The notes under the pieces were generated by a model. The model saw only the letters and a program-made list of their open reading frames with translations, was not told the DNA's origin and did not search any database. This document shows positions 56,348 to 64,000 of a DNA stretch of 64,000 bases, piece by piece. A program made the translations under genes and the position numbers. Location: the NCBI GenBank assembly GCA_041389085.1, contig JAWKSL010000001.1, positions 228,542-292,541 on the forward strand, written 5' to 3'. This stretch comes from Minisyncoccota bacterium (lineage in GTDB: Bacteria > Patescibacteriota > Minisyncoccia > UBA6257 > 1-14-0-10-44-23). Positions within the stretch are counted from its first letter, which is position 1. Every line of letters begins with the position of its first letter.

Positions 56348-58633
56348 ATGATTAAAAAAATTTACCGCCGCAGTGGCGAACTTGTTGATTTCAACATCGA
56401 CAAAATTGAATCTGCGGTTATGAAAGCTTTTGAGGCTTCGAAAGAAGGAAGTCAAAAGCAGGCTGCGGAAATTGCTGCAGCAGTTTTCAAAGATTTACTC
56501 CGTCTTAGACGCGCTGCAAAGAATGATTCATTCATTCCAACAGTTGAAATGGTGCAGGACCTAGTAGAAGAGCAACTTGTTCACCACGACTTTGCTTCAA
56601 CTGCAAAAGCATACATTTTGTATCGTGAAGAGCGTGCGAAAGAGCGCAAGAGAATGGGCGCAATTCCACAAGAAGTGCGCGATGCTGTAGAGAAAAGCTC
56701 AAAGTACTTTGCGAGTCCGTACCAAGAGTTTATTTTTTACCGCACATACTCAAAGTGGCTTCCTGAACTTGGTCGTCGCGAGACATGGATGGAGGCAATT
56801 GATCGCTTCATGGACTTCATGAAAGAAAATCTTGGGAAAAAACTTTCCGAGAAAGAATACGACGAAGTTCGTGAAGGAATTTTGAAACAAGAAGTTTGTC
56901 CTTCAATGCGTTTGCTCTGGAGCAGTGGCGATGCCTGCCGAAAGAGTAACGTGTGGGCATACAACTGCTCATACACTGCGCCAACAAAGTGGCAAGACTT
57001 GGGAGAGATAATGTACGTACTCATGTGTGGAAGTGGACTAGGGTTTGCAGTTGAGAGCGAGAACGTGCAGCAGTTCCCACAAATCAAGAAGCAGACAGGA
57101 GAGAAGGCTAAGACTCACGTTGTTGCTGACAGTAAGGAAGGATGGGCAGACGCCTTTGTACACGGATGTGAAGTTTGGGCTAGTGGAAAGGATGTAGAGT
57201 TTGACTTCTCACAGGTGCGTCCTGCAGGAGCTCGTCTTAAGACCGCAGGAGGAACCGCGAGCGGCCCTCAGCCACTTATAGACCTTATAAAGTTTACTCG
57301 CGAAAAGATGCTTAGCCGCCAAGGAAAGCGTCTTCGAAACATCGACCTACACGACATTATCTGCCAAATCGGACTTATCGTAGTTGCAGGAGGAGTTCGC
57401 CGCAGCGCGCTTATTTCTCTCTCTGATCTTGATGACCCTGCTATGCGTGATTCAAAGAGCGGTCAGTTCTGGGTTGATAACGGACAGCGCAGCATGGCAA
57501 ACAACAGTGCCGTATATGAAGAGAAGCCAAGTGCTGACGTGTTTCTTAAAGAGTGGCTTTCATTGGTTAAAAGCGGAACAGGAGAACGTGGAATCTTTAA
57601 CCGCGGAGGTTTTGAAAAACAGATGCCAAAGCGCCGATGGGAAGTTGTAAAAGGAATTCCTCAGATTGGTGTAAACCCATGCGGAGAAATTTATCTTCAG
57701 AGCAAGCAGTTCTGCAACCTTACTTCTATAGTAGTTCGACCAAAAGACACAGCCGCTGATCTTAAGAGAAAGGTGCGCCTTGCAACCATACTTGGAACTT
57801 ACCAAGCAAGCCTTACCAACTACGGATATCTTTCAAAAGAATGGAAAAAGAACTGCGAGAAAGAAGCTCTTCTTGGAGTTTCACTCACCGGGTACTACGA
57901 CAACAAGACTATTCGAAACGATAAGGTGCTTCGTGATTTGAAGGCTGAGGCGATTCGCGTAAATAAAATGTACGCAAAGAAGATTGGAATCAACCCATCT
58001 ACCGCTATCACTACCGTAAAGCCGCACGGAAACAGTGGACAGCTTCTTAACGTAGGAAGCGGAATGCACCCATGGTACGCACCATACTTTATTCGCCGCG
58101 TACGCATCAGCACAAACGATCCTCTTTGTAAGCTTGCGATGGACCAAGGAGTTCCTGCAAAGCCTGAAGTTGGATACTCAACCACCAGTTCTACCGTTAT
58201 GGTGCTCGAATTCCCGGTAAAGGCACCAACAGGAGCAATCTTTAAAGACGATGTTTCTGCTATCGATCTTTTGCAGGAGTGGAAGCGCCTCAAGAACAAC
58301 TACGTAGAGCACAATCCAAGTGTAACCATCTACGTTGGTCCAGATGAGTGGCTCCAGGTAGGAAACTTCGTATATGAGAATTGGGACATTGTAGGAGGAC
58401 TTTCATTCCTTCCTCGCAGCGAGCACGTATACCAGCTTGCTCCATATGAAGAGATAACCAAAGAGCAGTACGAAGAGATGGCCTCAAAGATTAAGCTCGA
58501 CTTCTCAAAGCTTCTTTACTACGAAGCTGAGGATCACACTACTGGAGCAAAAGAATTCGCTTGTGTGTCAGGAGTATGCAGTATCGACGACGCGCTTGCT
58601 GAAGAGGCTCAGAAGGAGGCAGCAAAGAAATAA
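56348..58633 (+). CDS. nrdJ: class II (adenosylcobalamin-type) ribonucleotide reductase with N-terminal ATP-cone
   Basis: ATP-cone (IYRRSGELVDFNIDKI), catalytic NPCGEI…CNL motif, and C-terminal CxxC (CVSGVCS). The ORF opens at 56309. Confidence 0.7.
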   Translation: MIKKIYRRSGELVDFNIDKIESAVMKAFEASKEGSQKQAAEIAAAVFKDLLRLRRAAKNDSFIPTVEMVQDLVEEQLVHHDFASTAKAYILYREERAKERKRMGAIPQEVRDAVEKSSKYFASPYQEFIFYRTYSKWLPELGRRETWMEAIDRFMDFMKENLGKKLSEKEYDEVREGILKQEVCPSMRLLWSSGDACRKSNVWAYNCSYTAPTKWQDLGEIMYVLMCGSGLGFAVESENVQQFPQIKKQTGEKAKTHVVADSKEGWADAFVHGCEVWASGKDVEFDFSQVRPAGARLKTAGGTASGPQPLIDLIKFTREKMLSRQGKRLRNIDLHDIICQIGLIVVAGGVRRSALISLSDLDDPAMRDSKSGQFWVDNGQRSMANNSAVYEEKPSADVFLKEWLSLVKSGTGERGIFNRGGFEKQMPKRRWEVVKGIPQIGVNPCGEIYLQSKQFCNLTSIVVRPKDTAADLKRKVRLATILGTYQASLTNYGYLSKEWKKNCEKEALLGVSLTGYYDNKTIRNDKVLRDLKAEAIRVNKMYAKKIGINPSTAITTVKPHGNSGQLLNVGSGMHPWYAPYFIRRVRISTNDPLCKLAMDQGVPAKPEVGYSTTSSTVMVLEFPVKAPTGAIFKDDVSAIDLLQEWKRLKNNYVEHNPSVTIYVGPDEWLQVGNFVYENWDIVGGLSFLPRSEHVYQLAPYEEITKEQYEEMASKIKLDFSKLLYYEAEDHTTGAKEFACVSGVCSIDDALAEEAQKEAAKK

Positions 58634-58668
58634 GAAGGAGCACAAACAAATCCTGGGGGGATTTAACA

Positions 58669-58699
58669 AAAAAACTCGGCATCTAGCCGAGTTTTTTTG
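58669..58699. terminator. bidirectional terminator after nrdJ
   Basis: Hairpin aaaaaaactcggcatctagccgagttttttt. Confidence 0.6.
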
Positions 58700-58704
58700 T
58701 CTGC

Positions 58705-59055
58705 TTACCAAATAATCAATGAAACTATAGACCCAATAACCAATATCATACCAATAAGGAATGGTGTTGCTGGGTTGTTGGATGCTAGGGGTGATCCTGG
58801 TAAGAATGCACCTGCAAATATGAGCGCCGGTATCCATAAAAATAGACCTGCCCACCATGCAATTAAAACAAATCCAAGCACTATTTCTGCAACTAGCAAC
58901 AAAGTCGCGAGGATTGGAAGAGTAATCTTTGTTGTTTTTGACGAAAACCATAGAGGCGCATCTAATGGACTCACGCCTCCGGGCCCTGGCTGTTTGCCAT
59001 AAGCGCCTTGAACTAAGGCCGCGCCGAAGCAGAATATTAAGTATTTAATTAGCAT
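58705..59055 (-). CDS. hypothetical polytopic membrane protein
   Basis: Hydrophobic ORF only. Confidence 0.3.
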   Translation of the reverse strand: MLIKYLIFCFGAALVQGAYGKQPGPGGVSPLDAPLWFSSKTTKITLPILATLLLVAEIVLGFVLIAWWAGLFLWIPALIFAGAFLPGSPLASNNPATPFLIGMILVIGSIVSLIIW

Positions 59056-59091
59056 TGATCTAGTTTTTCAAAATGTTTGTATTTCTTTATG

Positions 59092-59163
59092 TGCCTCCGG
59101 CAGGAATCGAACCTGCATCAAGGGCTTAGAAGACCCTTGCTTTATCCATTAAGCTACGGAGGC
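59092..59163 (-). tRNA. tRNA-Arg (TCT)
   Basis: Manual cloverleaf: anticodon loop CUUCUAA, T-loop TTCGATT. Confidence 0.75.
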
Positions 59164-59205
59164 TAATGTGCCATTTATATCAGAGCAGCTCCTTATAGTA
59201 AATGC

Positions 59206-59520
59206 TTAGCTATACAAGAGCGCTCCAAGCACCATAGAGGCGTTTACGAGCACCCATAGGATGTTTGTAAGGACGATAGGTTTGTCGCGATGGAGGGCGC
59301 CGTAGAATATCCAAAATATGTTTAGGAAGATAAAGGTGGCCCATGTTATTGGCTCAATACTTGAGCCGTTTTTTTCAAAAAAGACTTTTGCTACTTGAGG
59401 CAGTGTTGCGACCGGACTTCCGATAGCGGCAACGTAGATGAGCTTGTCTACAACCCTAAAGCGATGTGTGTGCTTTTTTGCTCGTGATAGTTCGTGTTGT
59501 CCTTGTGGCATACCTTCCAT
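59206..59520 (-). CDS. hypothetical membrane protein
   Basis: ORF with two C-terminal TM helices. The longer ORF-track N-terminus overlaps the att-like repeat. Confidence 0.3.
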   Translation of the reverse strand: MEGMPQGQHELSRAKKHTHRFRVVDKLIYVAAIGSPVATLPQVAKVFFEKNGSSIEPITWATFIFLNIFWIFYGALHRDKPIVLTNILWVLVNASMVLGALLYS

Positions 59521-59532
59521 TGTAAACCATAA

Positions 59533-59583
59533 ATCAAAAACACGACGCAAGGTCGTGTCTCTGATTTTGTCGGGCCGCCGGGA
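59533..59583. repeat. 51-bp direct repeat copy 1 (tRNA-Pro 3' end + terminator hairpin)
   Basis: atcaaaaacacgacgcaaggtcgtgtctctgattttgtcgggccgccggga is identical to 59710-59760. Confidence 0.8.
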
Positions 59584-59709
59584 CGCTTCGCTATCTCACT
59601 CTCTGAAAACCCACGGTTTTCCAGCGCATGCTTCGCGTGCTGCCTTCCTACACGGGGAACTTCCGTTCCCCGACCCCCTCCCGTCCGATTCCCGGCCCGT
59701 ACTTTAGTA

Positions 59710-59760
59710 ATCAAAAACACGACGCAAGGTCGTGTCTCTGATTTTGTCGGGCCGCCGGGA
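59710..59760. repeat. 51-bp direct repeat copy 2 (includes the genuine tRNA-Pro 3' end and its terminator)
   Basis: Perfect match to 59533-59583. Confidence 0.8.
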
Positions 59761-59817
59761 ATCGAACCCGGGCCGCACGCTCCCAAAGCGCGCATACTAC
59801 CATTATACGACGGCCCG
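59747..59817 (-). tRNA. tRNA-Pro (TGG)
   Basis: Manual cloverleaf: anticodon loop UUUGGGA, T-loop TTCGATT; the D-stem is imperfect. Confidence 0.7.
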
Positions 59818-59850
59818 ATATAGGAAGTACCTTATTGGTACTTCCCTACT

Positions 59851-60453
59851 TTATTGCATTCGTACAATCTTATCAAACTCTCTCAGTGAGTTTGTGAACT
59901 CCTCGTTGAGTTTGTTTATTTCTTCAACTTCTTCGTTAAGCTGGTTTAGAGTACTTTCGATGGTGAGAATGTTTGGATCTTCTCCTTCGAGTTTACGCTG
60001 AATCTGCTCGTGTAGTCTGTCGAAGAAGTTGTTAAAGGCAAGCATGTGCGTTATTGCCGCAACTTGAGAGCTTACCGCTTCTACCGCTACTTCGCGCGCA
60101 TCGCTTGATTCTATCTGTTTTGATGCCTGAGCCATTTTGTCGATTGCTTTCGCAAGCTCAATTGCTGCATTGTTTCTCTCTGCAGAATTGTCTTTTTCTT
60201 CTTGGAGAAGATCAAGTGCGTCTTGAGTTTGCCCTTCTCTCTCGTAGCGAGCAATCACTGAAAGGTTGTCGAGTGATTTCTTAAAAAGTTTTGAAACTTG
60301 CTCAGATGCCTTTGCTGCCTCTTTTCTTCCGCTTACAAAATCTTGCGGGAGGTTTGCTGAGTTAAGATTTATTACTCCAGTTCCGATCAATGCGGCAAAG
60401 ACTATTGCGAGTGCAACAATTCCGATAAGTGCGTTTTTTGTGGTTTTAGTCAC
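59851..60453 (-). CDS. membrane-anchored coiled-coil protein, hypothetical
   Basis: N-terminal TM (ALIGIVALAIVFAALIG) and a charged helical C-terminus. Confidence 0.35.
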   Translation of the reverse strand: MTKTTKNALIGIVALAIVFAALIGTGVINLNSANLPQDFVSGRKEAAKASEQVSKLFKKSLDNLSVIARYEREGQTQDALDLLQEEKDNSAERNNAAIELAKAIDKMAQASKQIESSDAREVAVEAVSSQVAAITHMLAFNNFFDRLHEQIQRKLEGEDPNILTIESTLNQLNEEVEEINKLNEEFTNSLREFDKIVRMQ

Positions 60454-60558
60454 GGTATTTTTAAGATTAGTATATTGAAGTTAGCTGAAGTTGGCTAAAG
60501 AATCAAGATGCCTTGAAAAAGTCGCGCTCAGGTATTAGACTATCTCTACGTTAGATAT

Positions 60559-60630
60559 GCGGGTGTCGTATAGTGGCTATTATGGCTGCCTTCCAAGCAG
60601 CAGACGAGGGTTCGATTCCCTTCACCCGCT
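60559..60630 (+). tRNA. tRNA-Gly (TCC)
   Basis: Manual cloverleaf: anticodon loop CUUCCAA, T-loop TTCGATT; followed by the terminator aaaaatacctctggtattttt. Confidence 0.8.
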
Positions 60631-60726
60631 CAAAAATACCTCTGGTATTTTTGAGCGAGGCTCGCCTAGCGCTTTGCGCTAAAGGCGGCCCGCTCTTAAG
60701 TGCTGTAAATAGCCTATGATTAAAGG

Positions 60727-60957
60727 ATGATAGGGGTTTATATACTTTTAAGTATAAAGGATGGCCGTAGCTATATTGGCTCTACAGATAACCTTCTTCG
60801 CCGTCTCTCAGAGCATGAAGCAGGCCATGTTAGATCTACAAAACATAGGCGCCCGCTACGGTTAGTATTTTTTGAGGAATCTCCGAGTTTGTCGGTTGCT
60901 AGAAGAAGAGAGCTGTATTGGAAGAGTGGTGCTGGGCGCCGAAAACTCTCTTTTTAG
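60727..60957 (+). CDS. small GIY-YIG nuclease-family protein (YhbQ-like)
   Basis: MIGVYILLSIKDGRSYIGSTDNLLRRLSEH matches the GIY-YIG signature. Confidence 0.6.
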   Translation: MIGVYILLSIKDGRSYIGSTDNLLRRLSEHEAGHVRSTKHRRPLRLVFFEESPSLSVARRRELYWKSGAGRRKLSF

Positions 60958-61033
60958 TAGTTTTTTGTATAAAAGTGGCCATTTGCTCGTTTTACACATA
61001 GAATGTAACTACCGAGGTGGTTTTTCGTTCTAT

Positions 61034-61576
61034 ATGACAGAAAGCGAGCAACAACTTGTTGAAAGGGCCCAAAATGGCGATCAGGGCGCCTTTGCTGACC
61101 TTTATAAGGCTCACCATGGCGCTATTTACCGTTTTGTGGCTACAAAGGTGTCTTTCAGGCATGAGGCTGAGGATTTGACCCACGAGGTCTTCCTAAGCGC
61201 CTGGAAGAACGTTGCTTCCTTTAAAATGAAGGGTTTCCCCTTCTCTAGCTGGCTGTATCGTATAGCTCGAAATAAGGTAATAGACCACTATCGGGTGGCT
61301 AAGCAGACCGACGATATAGAAAAGGTCGATAAGCAATTTATCGCAATCAGTGAAGATATTGATCTTGCACTCGATCAGCGGACGGCCTTTGAAGACGTAA
61401 GCGCTAAGCTCAAACAGCTCCCAGCAGATCAGCAAGATGTTCTCACGCTTCGATTCGTTGAAGATATGGAGTACGAGGAAATTGCTGAAGTAATAAAGAA
61501 AAGTCCTGGCAACGTTCGAACGATACAACACAGAGCGATTGCAAAGCTTAAAAAGCTTTTAGAGGATGATAAATAA
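61034..61576 (+). CDS. ECF-type RNA polymerase sigma factor (sigma-70 family, regions 2 and 4)
   Basis: …AFADLYKAHHGAIYRFV… region 2; …DVLTLRFVEDMEYEEIAEV…TIQHRAIAKLKK region 4. The ORF opens at 60872; MTESEQQ is the likely start. Confidence 0.75.
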   Translation: MTESEQQLVERAQNGDQGAFADLYKAHHGAIYRFVATKVSFRHEAEDLTHEVFLSAWKNVASFKMKGFPFSSWLYRIARNKVIDHYRVAKQTDDIEKVDKQFIAISEDIDLALDQRTAFEDVSAKLKQLPADQQDVLTLRFVEDMEYEEIAEVIKKSPGNVRTIQHRAIAKLKKLLEDDK

Positions 61577-61934
61577 GACAATGGAAAAATATATTGAATC
61601 ACAACTAAAGAAGTTTAAGTCTCTCGCCTCTTCACCTGAAGTGGCTGAGAAGTCTTTGTATTCAATTCTTTCTAGTGAACAAAAGCTTCCGTTTCGACTT
61701 GGATTCCGATCTCCTGCGTTTTCAGGAGTATTTGCTGTTGTTGCACTTTTCGTTGTTCTTGCTACTACGCAGTTTAATGCAGCCCCTTCTACGGAAGTTG
61801 CCGCTCTTCAAGATGAAAGCCTTACACAGGAAGTTGAAAGCAGTGAAGACTTCCAAATTCAGCTCGAAGAAGCTCGCTACTTTAGCGAGCGCGCTGATCG
61901 CGTAGCAGCTGCTCTCGATCAGGTTTCTCGATAG
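61566..61934 (+). CDS. candidate anti-sigma factor (single TM)
   Basis: Its start overlaps the sigma-factor stop by 11 nt, suggesting translational coupling; central TM helix VFAVVALFVVLATT. Confidence 0.35.
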   Translation: MINKTMEKYIESQLKKFKSLASSPEVAEKSLYSILSSEQKLPFRLGFRSPAFSGVFAVVALFVVLATTQFNAAPSTEVAALQDESLTQEVESSEDFQIQLEEARYFSERADRVAAALDQVSR

Positions 61935-61944
61935 TTCTTCAACT

Positions 61945-62754
61945 ATGAAAAAAATATTTCTAGGAACAGCTTTGTCTCTCGCATTTTTCGCCCTCGCATT
62001 TCAGGCGAGCTTTGCTATGGAGGCTGTTGCCGTTGGTGAGCTCGAGGGACTTCCTACCTTCCCTGAAGTAACTGAAGGGGTTGATATAGGAAACCTTGAG
62101 AGCAGAGTTCTTGTTTTAAATCAGGTTCTAGACTTCACCGAGGAAGAAGTTCTTTCTCTTTTAGAGAAGCTTCGCGCGCTTAAGAAGGCCGACGGAGACT
62201 CTTTCCTCTTCGATTTGTATGAATATTTTGAAGACCATGGTGCTGCCGCGCTTACCAGTATTGCGGACTATCGCGAGGATGTAGCGGCTCTTAACGGCGT
62301 TGATCAAGCGCGCGACCTTGCACTCGACATTCGCCTTTGGCGCTCAAGCACGTACGATGTGCGAAACAAAATGTTGGTAAACTTTTTGCTTCTTGGTAGA
62401 AGCGAGTCTGCTATCGCTATTGCTGAAGCACGTAGTGAAAAAATAGATCGCGACATTGCTCGCCTTCAGGATGCGTTTGGTGAAGCTGGCTCTTTGAGGC
62501 TGCAAACACTTTTTACTCGCGCACTTTTGGAAATCGAGCAAGCACGAGCTGAGCAAAGCAGCGCTCGTGTACTCTTCCGTAGCTATATGATTGCTCCTGA
62601 GGGGCAGACCGCGGTAGAAGCCTCTCTTATGAGTAGTGAGGACGAGGTTGTATATCAAGAGGCTCTTACCGACGCTCTTTCTCATGTTGGCCAGGCCTAC
62701 CGATACTTCATCGAGATGAGCCGTCTTGCGAACGATCTTTTGCAAGCGAACTAG
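61945..62754 (+). CDS. secreted hypothetical protein (third gene of the sigma module)
   Basis: Signal peptide MKKIFLGTALSLAFFALAFQASFA. Confidence 0.35.
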   Translation: MKKIFLGTALSLAFFALAFQASFAMEAVAVGELEGLPTFPEVTEGVDIGNLESRVLVLNQVLDFTEEEVLSLLEKLRALKKADGDSFLFDLYEYFEDHGAAALTSIADYREDVAALNGVDQARDLALDIRLWRSSTYDVRNKMLVNFLLLGRSESAIAIAEARSEKIDRDIARLQDAFGEAGSLRLQTLFTRALLEIEQARAEQSSARVLFRSYMIAPEGQTAVEASLMSSEDEVVYQEALTDALSHVGQAYRYFIEMSRLANDLLQAN

Positions 62755-62827
62755 TTTTGCTTTTTGAGGTGGGCATAATATAATTGGGTAACAAACAGCT
62801 TGTTAGCTCTATTTTTTTATTTCAACT

Positions 62828-64000
62828 ATGAAAACTTTCTCAAAAAACATCTTCTACGCCGTCGGATTTCTTGTGCTTATAACTCTTATTTTTTCTTACT
62901 TTGCTTCCAGCTCAGATGAGATTGCGCAGTTTTCACTTTCTGATGTTGCCGAGAAAATAGAGGCAAATGAAGTAGTGAGCATAGTTGTGCAGAGCAACGA
63001 TCTTGATATTGAGCTTGCTGACGGCTCTAAGGCGCGTGCGAAAAAGGAGCGAGAAGCGAGCCTTTCTGAAACGCTGGCAAACTACGGAGTTACCGGTGCT
63101 GCCCTTTCAGAAGTTTCTATATCAGTGCAAGAAGAGAGTGGGATGCGTGCTTTGATGGGAATATTGATTCCTACTCTTCTTCCGTTGATAATTTTGATCA
63201 TCTTTTTCTGGTTTATATTCCGCAACGCGAAGGGTGGGGCAAACCAGATGATGAGCTTTGGAAAGAGCCCTCTTAAAATGGCCGGCGGGAAGCAGAAGTA
63301 CACCTTCGCTGACGTGGCTGGGCTTAAAGAAGAGAAGCAAGAGCTCATGGAGATTGTAGAATTTCTTAAAGAGCCGCAAAAGTTTATTCGCATGGGAGCA
63401 AAAATTCCTCGCGGAGTTTTGCTGATGGGTTCACCAGGAAGCGGAAAAACTCTTCTTGCGCGAGCGGTTGCTGGAGAAAGCGGTGTCCCCTTCTTCCATG
63501 TAAGTGCGAGTGAGTTCGTAGAAATGTTTGTTGGAGTTGGAGCGAGCCGTATACGCGATGCGTTTGCAACTGCAAAGCGCCACAGCCCTTCTATACTTTT
63601 CATCGATGAAATCGATGCAGTTGGTCGCCAGCGCGGAACTGGTATGGGTGGGGGTCACGATGAGCGTGAACAAACTCTTAACCAAATACTCGTAGAGATG
63701 GATGGATTTGATCGCGACACTCAAGTTATCGTACTTGCAGCTACAAACCGACCAGATATTCTTGATCAAGCTCTTCTTCGTCCTGGCCGCTTTGATCGCC
63801 GAGTCCTTATCGACCTTCCCGACATAAAGGAGCGTGAGGCAATACTTGAGCTACACGCAAAGAATAAGCCGATAGAAGGCAGTGTAGACTTTGCACGTAT
63901 TGCAGCGCGTACTCCTGGTTTTTCAGGAGCTGACCTTGAAAGCTTGGTTAACGAGGCGGCTATCTTAAGCAGCTCGTGTTGGAAAGCGCAGCATAAATCA
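62828..64000 (+). CDS. ftsH: ATP-dependent zinc metalloprotease FtsH (partial; runs off the window end)
   Basis: Two TM helices, then AAA+ ([22 protein letters not shown]), Walker [16 protein letters not shown] and SRH motifs. Not in the ORF track because there is no stop inside the window. Confidence 0.85.
   Translation, partial: MKTFSKNIFYAVGFLVLITLIFSYFASSSDEIAQFSLSDVAEKIEANEVVSIVVQSNDLDIELADGSKARAKKEREASLSETLANYGVTGAALSEVSISVQEESGMRALMGILIPTLLPLIILIIFFWFIFRNAKGGANQMMSFGKSPLKMAGGKQKYTFADVAGLKEEKQELMEIVEFLKEPQKFIRMGAKIPRGVLLMGSPGSGKTLLARAVAGESGVPFFHVSASEFVEMFVGVGASRIRDAFATAKRHSPSILFIDEIDAVGRQRGTGMGGGHDEREQTLNQILVEMDGFDRDTQVIVLAATNRPDILDQALLRPGRFDRRVLIDLPDIKEREAILELHAKNKPIEGSVDFARIAARTPGFSGADLESLVNEAAILSSSCWKAQHKS

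Noticed and set aside
59448-59795. 115-aa and 89-aa ORFs across the tRNA-Pro repeat region
   Set aside because: They span a tRNA gene, terminator hairpins and direct repeats, so they are spurious.

Overview
This 64-kb window comes from a low-GC (roughly 40-45% by eye), gene-dense, reduced bacterial chromosome. The short YidC, stand-alone PilB, T4SS-like cluster, LysM-M23 hydrolase and lamin-tail-domain protein suggest a CPR/Saccharibacteria-like episymbiont; this is inference only. The window spans the chromosomal replication origin: dnaN-dnaA on the minus strand diverge from rpmH-rnpA-yidC-jag on the plus strand, with DnaA-box-like motifs in both flanking intergenic regions. Core genes recognised are rpsT, holA, pyrG, mutM, 5'-3' exonuclease, tsaE, ruvB, pilB, yebC, a PBP1A, ruvC, rsmA, pcrA/uvrD, yifB, pnp-rpsO, rpsA, fba, folA, recA, a class II RNR, ftsH (partial) and five tRNAs. 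Accessory or unusual content: (i) a 10-kb T4SS-like cluster next to the origin, with VirB4 split into two ORFs, a PrgI/VirB3-like protein, a VirB6-like protein and a pilin-like fusion, but no relaxase or coupling protein. (ii) A family of at least five small GC-rich membrane-peptide genes, each in a self-contained cassette with its own promoter, GGAGG Shine-Dalgarno and terminator; the cassettes share modular flanking palindromes and a conserved terminator while the ORFs have diverged. (iii) A 4.5-kb decaying block at 44.9-49.8 kb with thyA, a second folA and dCMP deaminase pseudogenes, a multiply frameshifted rplY and a split lytic transglycosylase. (iv) An operon of an ATP-grasp ligase, a 58-aa disordered acidic mini-protein and a deoxyribosyltransferase-like gene. 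(v) tRNA-Pro with its 3' end plus terminator duplicated 177 bp away (att-like). (vi) A candidate ~190-nt structured sRNA with a sigma70-like promoter, antisense to the pilB 3' end. No CRISPR array, rRNA or complete transposon was seen.
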